Notes: generated from the sequence alone by a model not told the origin. DNA of 64,000 bases from an uncultured Ectothiorhodospiraceae bacterium (GCA_913056315.1 CAJXMZ010000001.1:31-64030), one strand, 5' to 3'; positions 1 to 10,698 are shown, numbered from the stretch's first letter. Translations and numbers: made by a program.

Positions 1-726
1 CCACGGCCTCCTGGCGACCGACGTAGCGCACGGGGCCATGGTCAAGGCGGTGAGGAGTTTATCGACTTGGGGGATGGTCGGCAGCGCCATGTCATGGGTT
101 ATTTACAAGACTTTTTGTTTACCCCTGACCGAGCGAACGCGCCGATAACCCGCTTATCGGGCGGCGAGCGTAACCGTTTGTTGCTCGCGCAGCTATTTGC
201 GCGGCCGGCAAACTTATTAGTACTCGATGAGCCCACCAACGATCTGGACGTCGAAACCCTTGAGCTACTCGAAGAGCGGTTAATCGACTTTAAAGGCACG
301 CTGATGTTGGTGTCCCATGATCGAACCTTTCTCGATAACGTGGTGACTAGCGTGTTAGTGCCCGAAGGCGATGGGCATATTGGCGAGTATGTGGGCGGTT
401 ACGCCGACTGGCTGCGTCAGCGTGATCGACCAAGCCAGTCGGCCGCTACCGCGCAACCTAACCGGCCAGCCAGCAAGCCCAAGTCCAGTGGCAAGCTAAG
501 TTATAAAGATGCGCGTGATTTAGCCCAGCTGCCCGAGCAGATTGAACAGCTAGAAAACGCGCTGCAGCAAGCCAGTGATCGGGTCAACGACCCGGCGTTA
601 TATCAGCAAAGCGCTGATGACATTCAAGCGGCAACCACCGCGTTAGCGCAAGCCGAAGCGGCGCTTGCCAGTGCCTTTGAGCGTTGGGAGGCGTTGGAGG
701 CAGAGCGCGAGCGCTTGAGCAGTTGA
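1..726 (+). CDS. uup: ABC-F family ATPase Uup, C-terminal part (5' truncated by window)
   Basis: Frame is open from base 1. Contains [12 protein letters not shown], signature LSGGERNRL, Walker [18 protein letters not shown]-loop, and the Uup-type tail KLSYKD...LP..IE.LE...RWEALE. Confidence 0.9.
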   Translation, partial: PRPPGDRRSARGHGQGGEEFIDLGDGRQRHVMGYLQDFLFTPDRANAPITRLSGGERNRLLLAQLFARPANLLVLDEPTNDLDVETLELLEERLIDFKGTLMLVSHDRTFLDNVVTSVLVPEGDGHIGEYVGGYADWLRQRDRPSQSAATAQPNRPASKPKSSGKLSYKDARDLAQLPEQIEQLENALQQASDRVNDPALYQQSADDIQAATTALAQAEAALASAFERWEALEAERERLSS

Positions 727-2489
727 CTGACGTCGCCTCAGCACCGCGGTCGCTCAGCGGGCTACTGCGCTTGAGTGGGTATTTACGCCCGTATTGGCCG
801 CAAGCCCTAATGGCTGGAACCGCACTTATCATCGCGGGCGCTATGGTGCTTGCCGTGGGGCAGGGCTTGCGCTTACTCATTGACCAGGGCTTTGCGGCGC
901 AGTCACCAGCGGCGCTCGATCGCTTGTTGTTAATCACCGCTGGCATTGTTGCGTTGCTGGCGGCCGCTTCTGCGCTGCGCTTTTATTGGATTACCTGGAT
1001 TGGTGAGCGGGTTGCCGCGGACTTACGCCGCGATGTTTTTAATCGCTTGCTGCTGCTCGAACCAGACTTCTATACCCGCAATGGCGTGGGCGAAATACAG
1101 TCGCGCATGACAACGGATACCGCGCTGCTGCAAACCGTCTTAAGTTCGACGTTTTCAATGGCTTTGCGTAACGCACTCATGCTCATCGGGGCGTTGGTTT
1201 TATTACTCCTGACGAGCCCATCGCTTAGCGCATTGGTTGTACTGGGTATTCCTGTGGTTTTATTGCCCATGTTGGTTTACGGACGGCGCGTTCGCCACCT
1301 GTCACGTTTGAGTCAAGACCGCATTGCTGATGTGGGCAGCTATGCCGGTGAGGCGCTGGGTGGCATTGAAACAGTGCAGGCATTTAACCACGAGCCCATT
1401 GAACGACGTGTGTTTAGTGCCCGCGTGGAGCGTGCATTTGCCACGGCGGTCCAACGAATTCGCCAGCGTGCTGGGCTAAACGCGGTGGTGTTACTACTGG
1501 CTTTTAGTGGCGTTGCCTTTATTCTATGGCGCGGCGGTCACGCGGTGCTATCTGGCCAAATGAGCGCGGGTGAACTGTCTGCCTTTGTTTTTTACGCCGT
1601 GCTGGCTGCTGGCGCCGTGGGCGTGCTCTCGGAAGTGGCTGGTGAGGTGTTTCGCGCCTCTGGTGCGGCGGATCGCTTGTTTGAGCTACTTGATACCCAA
1701 CCGCAAATTCGCCCACCGGCTAATCCACTGCCGTTGCCGAGCCCGGCCCGGGGTGCGGTGTCGATTGAATCGCTCACATTTGCCTACCCAAGCCGTCCCA
1801 ATAACCTCGCGTTAAATAAAGTTAGCCTAGAATTGCATGCCGGTGAGACATTGGCGCTAGTGGGGCACTCGGGTGCGGGTAAAACCACACTGATGGAGCT
1901 GATTTTACGCTTTGCTGATCCGCGTTCGGGTGAGATTCGCCTCGATGGCATTGATATTCGTCAGGTCGATCCAAGCGCCTTGCGTGCTTGTATGGCGCTT
2001 GTATCGCAAACGCCGGTGTTATTTACCGGCAGTGTGCGCGAAAACATTCGCTTCGGGCGGCCTGAGGCATCCGATGTTGCCTTACATGAGGCGGCCGAGG
2101 CGGCTAATTGTTCGGGCTTTGTCGGCGCGCTACCCGATGGGTTAGATACAGCGATTGGCCCAGGGGGTGTTCAATTATCTGGCGGTCAGCGGCAACGCAT
2201 CGCGATTGCGCGGGCGATTTTGCGCAATCCGACGGTGTTGCTCTTGGACGAGGCCACCAGCAGCTTAGATGCCGAAAGTGAGCGTCAGGTACAAGTTGCG
2301 CTTAGTCGGTTGATGCAGGGGCGCACCAGTTTGGTCATTGCGCATCGTTTAGCGACCGTGCGTGATGCCGACCGCATTGCCGTACTCGATCAAGGCCAGC
2401 TGCTGGCTACCGGAACGCATAGCGATTTGCTGGAACGCGAGCCGCTGTACGCGCATTTAGCCGCGCTGCAATTCCAGCAAGCCGGTTAG
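723..2489 (+). CDS. MsbA-like ABC exporter, fused permease/ATPase
   Basis: N-terminal hydrophobic TM segments, Walker [35 protein letters not shown]. Start chosen at TTG 723, overlapping the uup stop (ORF track gives 684). Confidence 0.88.
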   Translation: MTDVASAPRSLSGLLRLSGYLRPYWPQALMAGTALIIAGAMVLAVGQGLRLLIDQGFAAQSPAALDRLLLITAGIVALLAAASALRFYWITWIGERVAADLRRDVFNRLLLLEPDFYTRNGVGEIQSRMTTDTALLQTVLSSTFSMALRNALMLIGALVLLLLTSPSLSALVVLGIPVVLLPMLVYGRRVRHLSRLSQDRIADVGSYAGEALGGIETVQAFNHEPIERRVFSARVERAFATAVQRIRQRAGLNAVVLLLAFSGVAFILWRGGHAVLSGQMSAGELSAFVFYAVLAAGAVGVLSEVAGEVFRASGAADRLFELLDTQPQIRPPANPLPLPSPARGAVSIESLTFAYPSRPNNLALNKVSLELHAGETLALVGHSGAGKTTLMELILRFADPRSGEIRLDGIDIRQVDPSALRACMALVSQTPVLFTGSVRENIRFGRPEASDVALHEAAEAANCSGFVGALPDGLDTAIGPGGVQLSGGQRQRIAIARAILRNPTVLLLDEATSSLDAESERQVQVALSRLMQGRTSLVIAHRLATVRDADRIAVLDQGQLLATGTHSDLLEREPLYAHLAALQFQQAG

Positions 2490-2839
2490 AGTGATTTGCG
2501 GCGATTGTCCGCGTCTACAAACACCAGTCGAGGCTGCCAGTGTTGGGCTTGCTCGGGAGTGACTTGGGCATAAGCGGCAATGATCACCTTGTCACCGCGC
2601 TCGGCAAGATGTGCGGCTGCCCCATTAATGGTGATGTCACCAGCGTTGGCTGGGCCTTCGATGATGTAGGTCTCAAAGCGATGGCCATTGGTAATGTTAT
2701 AAACATGCACTTGTTGAAACGCGACCAGACCGCTGACTTCGAGGAGTGCAGTATCAATAGTAATGCTGCCTTCATAGTCTAAGTTGGCGTCGGTGACCGT
2801 TGCCCGATGAATTTTGGCCTGCAGTACAGAAATATGCAT
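2486..2839 (-). CDS. panD: Aspartate 1-decarboxylase
   Basis: KIHRATVT, YEGSITID (Gly-Ser self-cleavage site), NG.RFETY, NGAAA; 117 aa. Confidence 0.95.
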   Translation of the reverse strand: MHISVLQAKIHRATVTDANLDYEGSITIDTALLEVSGLVAFQQVHVYNITNGHRFETYIIEGPANAGDITINGAAAHLAERGDKVIIAAYAQVTPEQAQHWQPRLVFVDADNRRKSL

Positions 2840-2898
2840 TGAAGTCTCCTAGGGTCCCGAGCGTTTCGCGCCGGCTATGGTAATCAATAGCGCCGCGA

Positions 2899-4059
2899 CT
2901 AGCGAGGGGTATTCGGCTGAATGGCCCCTGACGCGCGGCGCAGTGTGTGAGCAATGGCGGCTCGAATCATTGGGCCTTTAGGCAAAGCAAGCAAAACGCG
3001 GGCAATGTCCACGCGACTGGCACGGCCCATAAGAAAACGGGTGAGCGCAGCGGGTGGGGTTTGTTCAAACAGGGTGATAAAACGCTGGCTGGCCTGTTCA
3101 GGTCGGCGCCAGAGCGATTCTAAAAACACGCCGTCTAGCCAATCCAACAGTCGGCTGCGTTTTGGTGCGATGGGCTGCTGTTGTGTGATTAGGCTATGAG
3201 CACAGGCATCGGCCCAGCGCTGAATTGCATGAAAAGCGTATCCGGTTGCCGGGCGCATGCTCCCCCCGGCGGCGCCAATGCGCAACCAGTGATTTTGGTT
3301 ATAGCTTGCAATGGGTGCCATGGGCAGATGCCCCAGTTCTTGCCGAATAATCGCGGTGTGATCGATACCGCGGCGGTTGAGTTCAGTGTGTAGTGTTGAT
3401 TCCAAGGCCTTCATGTCGCTGGGTTCAGGGACAAATTGGGTTATTTCGATCAAGCGGCGACTCGCGCTAATGGGCAGTTCGTAGAAAAACGTTGGCCACG
3501 GTGTCTCGGCATCAACAAAATCCATTAACCGAACGGTATCGTTGTCTTCAAACGCGGGGCCTTGAATTTCGACGCCCAGAAAGCTTTGCCAAAGCCATGG
3601 ACGTGTGAGGCTCAGGGCCGGTGGCCGTGCATCAAGTACCCAGCGCGCTGACAGGTCCTCATCGGTATTGAGTCGGAGTTGCCAGACCCCATTTGCGCTT
3701 TGGTGGCTGTGGGCAAGGGCGCGATCGGCCAGACAGGCCCAGTCGCTGCGTGCTTGCATCATTGTCCGGGCGCGCTCGCGCACCCCGCCGGCATGCAGCA
3801 TTTCATACGGTGTCTCAGGCGCGTCTCGGATAACCGACTGTTGCGCTTGGCTAACCGCCCAGCGTGACCACGTTTGTGTGAGCTGATCGCTAAACGGGTG
3901 TTGATTGGGCCCCCAGCCGCACCAGGTTCGATCGTTACGCTCGATTGCATCGGGCTCAATCACCACCAAGCTGCCTGGCCAATTGGCTTGCGCAAGCCGG
4001 GCAATGAGGCTCATGGCGGCAGCGCCAAAACCGATAAAGGCTAGGTCATAGGGTTTCAT
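2899..4059 (-). CDS. crtY: Lycopene beta-cyclase
   Basis: FAD motif IGFGAAAMS, NDRTWC, LMDF, IGAAGG..RPATGYAF; last gene of the crt operon. Confidence 0.85.
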   Translation of the reverse strand: MKPYDLAFIGFGAAAMSLIARLAQANWPGSLVVIEPDAIERNDRTWCGWGPNQHPFSDQLTQTWSRWAVSQAQQSVIRDAPETPYEMLHAGGVRERARTMMQARSDWACLADRALAHSHQSANGVWQLRLNTDEDLSARWVLDARPPALSLTRPWLWQSFLGVEIQGPAFEDNDTVRLMDFVDAETPWPTFFYELPISASRRLIEITQFVPEPSDMKALESTLHTELNRRGIDHTAIIRQELGHLPMAPIASYNQNHWLRIGAAGGSMRPATGYAFHAIQRWADACAHSLITQQQPIAPKRSRLLDWLDGVFLESLWRRPEQASQRFITLFEQTPPAALTRFLMGRASRVDIARVLLALPKGPMIRAAIAHTLRRASGAIQPNTPR

Positions 4060-4889
4060 GCATTGCGTGGCCCGAGCTTGTCACCCAAGCCAGATAGGGT
4101 AGTGAAGGCAAGTTTGGCGCGTTCGGGCCCCGTCAGTGATACGCGTCCTTCCCAGTAGCGACAGCCTTGCGCTTTAACCCGCAGCCCGATGGCGCGATAC
4201 AAGCGTGCAGCAACGCGAATGGCCTGTCGATTGCGCCGAGGAATCAAGGCTAAACCCGGTTCAGCTTGGCTGTAATACTGTTCGGCTAAGTCGACCGTAC
4301 GCGCAATTGCGCTGCGTACCGGTTCACGATGTATGGGGCGGGCTTCAGCGATGGTAGCGGGCGCTAAGTCACCTAGCCACTCCCCGGGTAAGTAGCGCCG
4401 GCCGCGTTCGGCATCTTCTAGGACATCGCGCGCAATATTGGTCAATTGCATGGCAATACCCAGTGCAATCGCCGCGGATTGGCCTGCCTTGCGATCAGCA
4501 CCAATGAGCGGGCACATCAGTTCACCCACGGTCCCGGCTACGCCATAGCAGTAATCGATAAGCTCGCTTTCGCTATTGAGGATGGGGGTAGTTTGCGATT
4601 CTTCACAAGCGGTATTGGCAAGCGTTATGAGTGGTGTGAGGTCGAGTTCTCGGCGCCGGGCCATTTCCGCAAACCCCGCGACCGGAATATCGTCAAGGGC
4701 GTTATTGCGCAGTGCATTGAGTAGCCCTTTGATTTGGTCGGTTTGATGCGGGTGTTCATCAGCCAGATCATCAATTAATCGGCACAGCGCGTACAAAATT
4801 GTAATATCACGCGCATCCATCGGTCGCAGTAAACGACTGGCTAAATGAAAGCTGCTGGCGTGTTTTGCGAGTACCTCGCGCGGGGTCAT
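4056..4889 (-). CDS. crtB: Phytoene synthase
   Basis: LYALCRLIDDLAD, YCYGVAGTVG, LGIAMQLTNIARDVLED..RGRRYLP. Confidence 0.93.
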   Translation of the reverse strand: MTPREVLAKHASSFHLASRLLRPMDARDITILYALCRLIDDLADEHPHQTDQIKGLLNALRNNALDDIPVAGFAEMARRRELDLTPLITLANTACEESQTTPILNSESELIDYCYGVAGTVGELMCPLIGADRKAGQSAAIALGIAMQLTNIARDVLEDAERGRRYLPGEWLGDLAPATIAEARPIHREPVRSAIARTVDLAEQYYSQAEPGLALIPRRNRQAIRVAARLYRAIGLRVKAQGCRYWEGRVSLTGPERAKLAFTTLSGLGDKLGPRNA

Positions 4890-6355
4890 GCGCCGCTCAT
4901 GCCCGGGGCTAAGCGATCAAGTACTTTGGCACTTGAGAGCACTCCAGGCAGGCCTGCGCCCGGGTGAGTGCCTGCGCCAACCAAGTACAGGTTACGTAAG
5001 CCTTCAGCCCGATTATGAAAGCGAAACCACGCAGACTGGCGAAACAGCGGCGCGATACTAAAGCCACTGCCGTGGACGCTTTGATAATTGTCGCGAAAGT
5101 GTTGCGGCGTCATATAAAAAGGCGCCCGAACACTATCTTCAAGCCCGGGCATTATCGACTCGGACAGCGCTTGAATAATGCGCGCCTGCAGTCGCGGGCC
5201 TTCGGTTTGCCAATCGACATCGCCCTGGAGATTAGGCACAGGAGCGAGTACATAAAAACTATCGTGGCCTTCTGGGGCAAAGCTCGGGTCGGTTGCAGTG
5301 GGCCGGTGTAGATAGAGCGAAAAGTCTTCAGAAAGAACTTTGCGATCAAAAATATCCGCCAAAAGCTCACGGTAACGCTCACCTAACCAAATGGTGTGGT
5401 GCGCCACGTCGGGATACTGCCGATCGGTACCAAAGTACAAAACAAACAACCCCATAGAGGTAGTGGCTAACTGGCGTTTTATTCGCGCGGCAGGCGGTGC
5501 AGGCGTGAGCAGCTCGCCGTACAAATGCATGGGATCGAGATTAGAGACAAAAGCATCTGCCTTGCGCTCGGTGCCATCATCTAAGCTAACGGCGCGAATA
5601 CGCTTGCCGTCGCGATGAATTGCCTCAACACTGCGGCCATTCTCGACCTGTACGCCTTGGCGTTCTAGCAAGTCCGCCAGTGCATCAACTAATGCGCCGG
5701 TACCACCCATTGCAAAATGCACACCCCATTCGCGCTCAAGGTAGTGGATGAGGCCGTAAATGCAGGTGGTGTCGAATGGATTGCCGCCCACTAACAGCGG
5801 CTGCAGCGACAGCGCTCGACGCAAGTAGGGATGTTCAATATGGCTTGAGACCATATCCCAAACGCTGCGGTGAATACGCAAGCGCAGCAGTCGGGGGATT
5901 TGCCGGAGCATAGTGGATAGGCGATCAAAGGGCTGGTCGCCTAATTCGGTAAAACCAATATCAAATAGCTGCTTAGATTCAGCCAAAAGGCCGTGATAAC
6001 CGGCGACATCGCGGGGGTTAAAGCGGGCAATTTCCGCTTCCATATTCTCGATACCGGGGCCGTAATCAAACTGACTGTTATCGGGAAAGCGAAACCGATA
6101 CCACGGATCAAGCGGCGTCAGGGTCACGCGCTGACTAATTTCTTCGCCGAATAGCGCAAATAACTCAGCAAATAAAAACGGCGCGGTAATCACCGTCGGC
6201 CCAGCGTCGTGTCGGTAGCCATCGCGTTCAAAGACTTGGGCGCGTCCACCCAGGCGAGGGCAGCGATCAACGAGCGTGACCTCATGCCCGCGGGCTCTTA
6301 GGCGTAAGGCCGCTGCAATCCCCCCAAAACCGCCACCCATGACCAGCGTTTTCAT
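4886..6355 (-). CDS. crtI: Phytoene desaturase
   Basis: Start at ATG 6355 (TAATG coupling with crtE). GGGFGG FAD motif, DAGPTVIT, GAGTHPGAGLPGVLSSAK. Confidence 0.95.
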   Translation of the reverse strand: MKTLVMGGGFGGIAAALRLRARGHEVTLVDRCPRLGGRAQVFERDGYRHDAGPTVITAPFLFAELFALFGEEISQRVTLTPLDPWYRFRFPDNSQFDYGPGIENMEAEIARFNPRDVAGYHGLLAESKQLFDIGFTELGDQPFDRLSTMLRQIPRLLRLRIHRSVWDMVSSHIEHPYLRRALSLQPLLVGGNPFDTTCIYGLIHYLEREWGVHFAMGGTGALVDALADLLERQGVQVENGRSVEAIHRDGKRIRAVSLDDGTERKADAFVSNLDPMHLYGELLTPAPPAARIKRQLATTSMGLFVLYFGTDRQYPDVAHHTIWLGERYRELLADIFDRKVLSEDFSLYLHRPTATDPSFAPEGHDSFYVLAPVPNLQGDVDWQTEGPRLQARIIQALSESIMPGLEDSVRAPFYMTPQHFRDNYQSVHGSGFSIAPLFRQSAWFRFHNRAEGLRNLYLVGAGTHPGAGLPGVLSSAKVLDRLAPGMSGA

Positions 6356-7302
6356 TAATACGTCGGTTCGCGCTGGGCTTTGCTGGTCAGTTTGTCTATG
6401 AGGGTATCGACACAACGATTCAGGGGTGTGGGTAGCGAAGCGGCTAACCGGTTGGCGCGGGTGAGTGCCGCATTCGCGTGCCAAAGGCAACGCGCGATGG
6501 TGCGCTCATGGTTCGGTGTTGCTGCCATTGGTTGGTGATGCCACCAGGCATGCAGTCCGTGGGGTTGGGGTGCAGTCGCATCAGCCGCAAACGGCGGCAA
6601 ATCATCTAAGTCATCAAGTATCTGGTAGGCCAGACCGATGGCTTGCGCAAGCGCTGTACACTGCTGCCGAGCCGCCGAATCAGTTGCCTCATCGAGAAGA
6701 CCGACGCTAATGGGTAGCTCAATCAGCGGCGCGGTTTTGGCGCGCGTGGCCATTAAGTACTCATGTCGGGTTGGAATATCAGTTGCCTTTTCATGGGCCA
6801 ATTCAATGCTCTGCCCACCGATAACGCGCGCGGCTGCTTGGGCCATCGATCGCGTCAAATGCAGACTGGTCATTGGGTCGGTGATGTCGCTTGCAGCGTG
6901 AAAAGCCGCGCTAAACAACAGGTCGCCGGTACACAGTGCGATGCCCGCGCCATACGCCGAGCGTACTGTTAGCGCCCCGCGGCGTAACAGATCACCGTCA
7001 CTAATATCGTCATGAACTAACGACGCGTTGTGTAAAAGCTCGCAAGCTGCGGCTGCCGCAATGGCATCGTTCGTATTTAACCGCACGGTAGCACTGGCCA
7101 AGCCGAGTTGTGCTCGCATACGCGAACCGCCGGTGTTGAGATGGTAGAGCGCTGCTTCGCGCGCAGGGGTTGCGCCTGTTGAAGCGATCATATCGATCAT
7201 GTACTGATCGACTTGCGCTAGTGTGCCCCGGGATTCGACACGGGACTTGAATGTCGTTACATCCGTCGCGGCCAATCGGGTCACCTTTTCGTCTAAGGCC
7301 AA
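6355..7302 (-). CDS. crtE: Geranylgeranyl diphosphate synthase (polyprenyl synthetase)
   Basis: GGSRMR, first Asp-rich motif LHNASLVHDDISD..RRG, KT motif, second motif YQILDDLDD. The TTG start is uncertain. Confidence 0.88.
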   Translation of the reverse strand: MALDEKVTRLAATDVTTFKSRVESRGTLAQVDQYMIDMIASTGATPAREAALYHLNTGGSRMRAQLGLASATVRLNTNDAIAAAAACELLHNASLVHDDISDGDLLRRGALTVRSAYGAGIALCTGDLLFSAAFHAASDITDPMTSLHLTRSMAQAAARVIGGQSIELAHEKATDIPTRHEYLMATRAKTAPLIELPISVGLLDEATDSAARQQCTALAQAIGLAYQILDDLDDLPPFAADATAPQPHGLHAWWHHQPMAATPNHERTIARCLWHANAALTRANRLAASLPTPLNRCVDTLIDKLTSKAQREPTY

Positions 7303-7305
7303 GTT

Positions 7306-7339
7306 GAGTGCCTGCCCAACCGCAGTTGAACAGGCACTC
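7306..7339 (-). promoter_or_regulatory. Strong intercistronic RNA hairpin between the rhodopsin gene and crtE
   Basis: Minus-strand RNA GAGUGCCUGUUCAAC-UGCG-GUUGGGCAGGCACUC: 15-bp stem with two G-U pairs and a cUNCGg tetraloop. Confidence 0.7.
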
Positions 7340-7376
7340 GCATGGCGTTGGCTATTTCAAGCTAATCGATGATCGA

Positions 7377-8138
7377 TTAGGCCTGAGCACCACCCTCAGC
7401 TTCTGACTTCCGCATAGCGATCGCGAGGATCAAGATACCGAAGACGGCCTTGGCAACGATGTCAGCAATCGTGTAGCCCACTTCAACCGCGGTGATAGCA
7501 GCACCACCCTCGATGCCGAGCAGCGGGAAGAGGAACACGACTGGGTAGAACAACCAGGAGACAACAACCAACATTGCCGCACCGTTAATGAGACCGCGAA
7601 CGTTCTCAGGCTGCTTGCTGATCGAGCTCTTCAGGCCAACCACCAGCTGGTAGACGATGTAGATGAATGGAATCATCGACAGCACCCAGAAGGTGAAGCG
7701 CGTGCCCATGTCCTCTGCAACCTCGCCGGGGTAACCCAGGATGATCATCAGAGCAGCGGCGCCGCCTAACCAAACGCTCTTAGAGACCGTCTCGCTGCGT
7801 GACAAACGCATAACGAGAATCAGCTCAATGAGCAGCAGTGGCACGGTGAGCAGCCAATCGACATAGCGGTAGGCTTGGTTGAACGGATAGCCGGTGACTT
7901 CAATCGCGTTACCGGTAACCGAGAATGCAGCCTGCCATGAAAGCATAATCTGCAGGTAATGGTAGGCGGCGATGGCCGTTACCAAACCACTAATGGTGAT
8001 GGCCATGCGATAAGCCGGCGCTACATTACTGCGGGAAAACCACAAAAACAAAGTAGCGGCCGCCATAACGGCAAGACCGAATGAGAACGCGTTCTGAACG
8101 AACGTGTATTGTCCGAGACTAATATCAAAGAGATCCAT
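7377..8138 (-). CDS. Microbial rhodopsin, xanthorhodopsin-like proton pump (DTE motif)
   Basis: About 7 hydrophobic helices; helix C RYVDWLLTVPLLLIE (D-T-E); helix G YTIADIVAKAVFG with the retinal Lys; GGAGG RBS upstream. Confidence 0.95.
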   Translation of the reverse strand: MDLFDISLGQYTFVQNAFSFGLAVMAAATLFLWFSRSNVAPAYRMAITISGLVTAIAAYHYLQIMLSWQAAFSVTGNAIEVTGYPFNQAYRYVDWLLTVPLLLIELILVMRLSRSETVSKSVWLGGAAALMIILGYPGEVAEDMGTRFTFWVLSMIPFIYIVYQLVVGLKSSISKQPENVRGLINGAAMLVVVSWLFYPVVFLFPLLGIEGGAAITAVEVGYTIADIVAKAVFGILILAIAMRKSEAEGGAQA

Positions 8139-8276
8139 GCTGAGTCCTCCAGTTTTGAACCAGACGAAAGGTACGTTGTGTCGGGCCGTTGGTCAACCAA
8201 TTTAGGGCGCCAACCGCACCATTTGTGTGCGTTTTTTTAAATTTGCCGGCAATTCTGTAAGTTTTGCGTCAATCGG

Positions 8277-9305
8277 CTAGTTAATGCGCTTTTTCAATCC
8301 ACTCGATGGAGTCGACGCATCAGCGCAAAGTGTACGCCGGGTCTGCGCATAATTGGCTTCGTACCCCGAGGGTAGAGGCCCGGATTTTTGCAATACAAAA
8401 TGGCTTAAATCGCTCAATGTTTGTTCCGCCCCGCTATACCGCGTGAGCATGTGATAGCCGCTCGGGTAGACCGCCGCGTGCCAGCCGTTTTGTGGTTGAT
8501 AGCGCTTGACCATTGCGCAGGCGGCTTGTTGCGGAATCACTTGATCAGCTAGTCCAAACAACAACAGCGTGCGTGGGGGAGCTGGCCGCGGTGGTAAGGC
8601 GCGTAATGCAGAGTCCATTAAATCAACCACACCGGCCAGCGCATCAACACGTGTATCGCGGATCCAGTAGGGGTCGTTGGCTAGAGCGGCGCGCACTGCC
8701 GGGTCGTCAGTGGGTTCAATGCCAAGCCCCTCACCGGTGAGGGTTAACCACGGCGTGAATTGTTTGCCCGCCCATAAAGCCCAGCGTTGATACCAAGGCA
8801 TTGTTCGGCGCGCCCAAAAAGCCGGCGCGACTAAGATCGTGCCGGCGATACGTATTGGCGGGGCTTGCTCTAGCATTAATGTCGTGACCGCCGCGCCCAT
8901 GCTATGGCCCATAAGGTAAAACGGTTGTTCGGGGTGTTGCGTCTTGATCGCTCGTGCCACCACCCCCGCATCGTTGACGAGCGTGTCGGTGCCCGGCCAG
9001 CGCCCGCGACTGCCGGTGCTGCCAAATCCGCGCTGATCCCATGCATAGACGCCGATGCCCTGTTCGGTCAGTGCGTTAGCCGTTGCGCTAAATCCACCGG
9101 CGTAATCGTTAAAACCGTGGATACCCAGCACGATGGCTTGCGGGGATTGCCCGCTACTGGGCGCCCAGTACTGTAGGGGCAAAGCCGTGTTGTCAGGCAT
9201 GACGATGGTGGGCGTGTTCGCTGCCGCGCTTGGCGCGGCTCGGCGCTCTTGTGCGCAGCCGCTGAGTGCCACCAGCATGAACAGCATGACGAGCAAACGC
9301 TTCAT
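8277..9305 (-). CDS. Alpha/beta hydrolase (lysophospholipase/monoacylglycerol lipase-like) lipoprotein
   Basis: Lipobox LSGC, HGFNDY, DQRGFG, nucleophile GHSMG, GYHML. Confidence 0.85.
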   Translation of the reverse strand: MKRLLVMLFMLVALSGCAQERRAAPSAAANTPTIVMPDNTALPLQYWAPSSGQSPQAIVLGIHGFNDYAGGFSATANALTEQGIGVYAWDQRGFGSTGSRGRWPGTDTLVNDAGVVARAIKTQHPEQPFYLMGHSMGAAVTTLMLEQAPPIRIAGTILVAPAFWARRTMPWYQRWALWAGKQFTPWLTLTGEGLGIEPTDDPAVRAALANDPYWIRDTRVDALAGVVDLMDSALRALPPRPAPPRTLLLFGLADQVIPQQAACAMVKRYQPQNGWHAAVYPSGYHMLTRYSGAEQTLSDLSHFVLQKSGPLPSGYEANYAQTRRTLCADASTPSSGLKKRIN

Positions 9306-9375
9306 TACTCCATTGTCCGTGAAATCACGCTAATCGACTAGCTTGTCCAGTATAACCGGCAATTTATTGGTCGAA

Positions 9376-9402
9376 TGTCGTCTGGGCTTAAGTCTAGGTC
9401 GT
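9376..9402 (+). promoter_or_regulatory. Candidate GlxA/GbdR-type AraC operator (tandem half-sites 21 bp apart) upstream of soxB
   Basis: TGTCGT-N8-AA-N5-GGTCGT, resembling the TGTCGC-N8-AA-N5 direct-repeat architecture of GATase1-AraC regulators such as P. aeruginosa ArgR. Confidence 0.6.
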
Positions 9403-9445
9403 CATAAAAACAGCTCTAACCGCGGGCTGGCCTCAAGTTATACCG

Positions 9446-10696
9446 ATGCAATCGTACTCAATATTTTCGCTCGCACGGCACGCGCTTAGTGGCCACAAAA
9501 ATTGGCGTCCTGCCTGGCGGGCGGCTACGCCACGGCGGCGCTATAAAGTTATTATCGTTGGCGGTGGCGGCCACGGTCTGGCCACGGCGTACTATTTGGC
9601 CAAGGTTCACGGCATCACCGATGTGGCGGTGCTAGAAAAAGGCTGGATAGGCGGCGGAAATACCGGTCGTAATACGACCATTGTGCGCTCGAACTATCTC
9701 TGGGATGGCTCTGCGGCGTTGTACGAGAAGTCACTCAAGCTCTGGGAAGGGCTATCCCAAGACATAAACTACAACGTTATGTACAGCCAACGTGGCGTGC
9801 TCAACTTAGGCCATAACCTGCAAGACATGCGTGATATTCGCCGGCGGGTGAATGCCAACCGGCTCAATGGTATTGACGGCGAAGTCCTCGACACCGCCGG
9901 CGTTAAGCAACGCGTGCCCTTTATTAACACCTCTGCCGATGCTCGGTATCCCGTGTTGGGTGCCTCGTGGCAACCCCGCGCGGGTATCGCGCGTCATGAT
10001 GCCGTGGCTTGGGGGTATGCGCGCGCTGCCGATGACTTAGGCGTCGATATTATCGAGAACTGCGAAGTCACCGGGGTTCGTCGCGAACACGGCCGAGTGG
10101 TTGGCGTTGATACCACGCACGGTGAAATTGGCGCGGATCGCGTGGGCGTTGTGGTTGCTGGGCATGCGGGTGTGCTGGCCGATATGGCGGGGTTTCGCTT
10201 GCCGCTGGAAAGCCATCCGCTGCAGGCCCTGGTGTCAGAGCCGTTAAAACCGATGCTCGACACGGTGGTGATGTCCAACGCCGTGCACGTCTACGTAAGC
10301 CAGTCGGACAAGGGTGAATTGGTGATTGGCGCGGGGATTGATGCCTATAACGGGTATGGCAATCGCGGCAGCTTTCAAACCATGGAGCACTTTTTGACTG
10401 CGCTTATCGAGCTGTATCCCATTTTTAGTCGTCTGCGCATGTTGCGTCACTGGGGCGGCATTGTGGATACCTCGCCCGATGCCAGCCCAATTATCGGGAA
10501 AACCCCGGTTGATGGACTGTACTTTAACGTGGGGTGGGGCACGGGTGGGTTTAAAGCCACCCCGGGCTCAGGTTGGGTGTTTGCCCACACCTTGGCCACC
10601 GGAGAGCCCCATTCAATCAATGCGCCTTTTTCGCTTGAGCGCTTTCATAGTGGCGCTTTGGTGGACGAGCACGGCGCCGCGGCGGTAGCGCACTAG
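9446..10696 (+). CDS. soxB: Heterotetrameric sarcosine oxidase beta subunit
   Basis: [45 protein letters not shown]-terminal [10 protein letters not shown]. Confidence 0.96.
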   Translation: MQSYSIFSLARHALSGHKNWRPAWRAATPRRRYKVIIVGGGGHGLATAYYLAKVHGITDVAVLEKGWIGGGNTGRNTTIVRSNYLWDGSAALYEKSLKLWEGLSQDINYNVMYSQRGVLNLGHNLQDMRDIRRRVNANRLNGIDGEVLDTAGVKQRVPFINTSADARYPVLGASWQPRAGIARHDAVAWGYARAADDLGVDIIENCEVTGVRREHGRVVGVDTTHGEIGADRVGVVVAGHAGVLADMAGFRLPLESHPLQALVSEPLKPMLDTVVMSNAVHVYVSQSDKGELVIGAGIDAYNGYGNRGSFQTMEHFLTALIELYPIFSRLRMLRHWGGIVDTSPDASPIIGKTPVDGLYFNVGWGTGGFKATPGSGWVFAHTLATGEPHSINAPFSLERFHSGALVDEHGAAAVAH

Positions 10697-10698
10697 TT

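Noticed and set aside
1-40. First ~13 codons ([13 protein letters not shown]) do not look like Uup; possible chimeric contig end
   Set aside because: Too short to judge without upstream sequence, and this part of Uup is variable.
6356-6490. N-terminal extension of crtI in the ORF track; similar extensions for fhs, BNR protein, lldD, dddD and moaE
   Set aside because: They overlap neighbouring genes or promoters; downstream starts have an RBS or translational coupling and match family N-termini.
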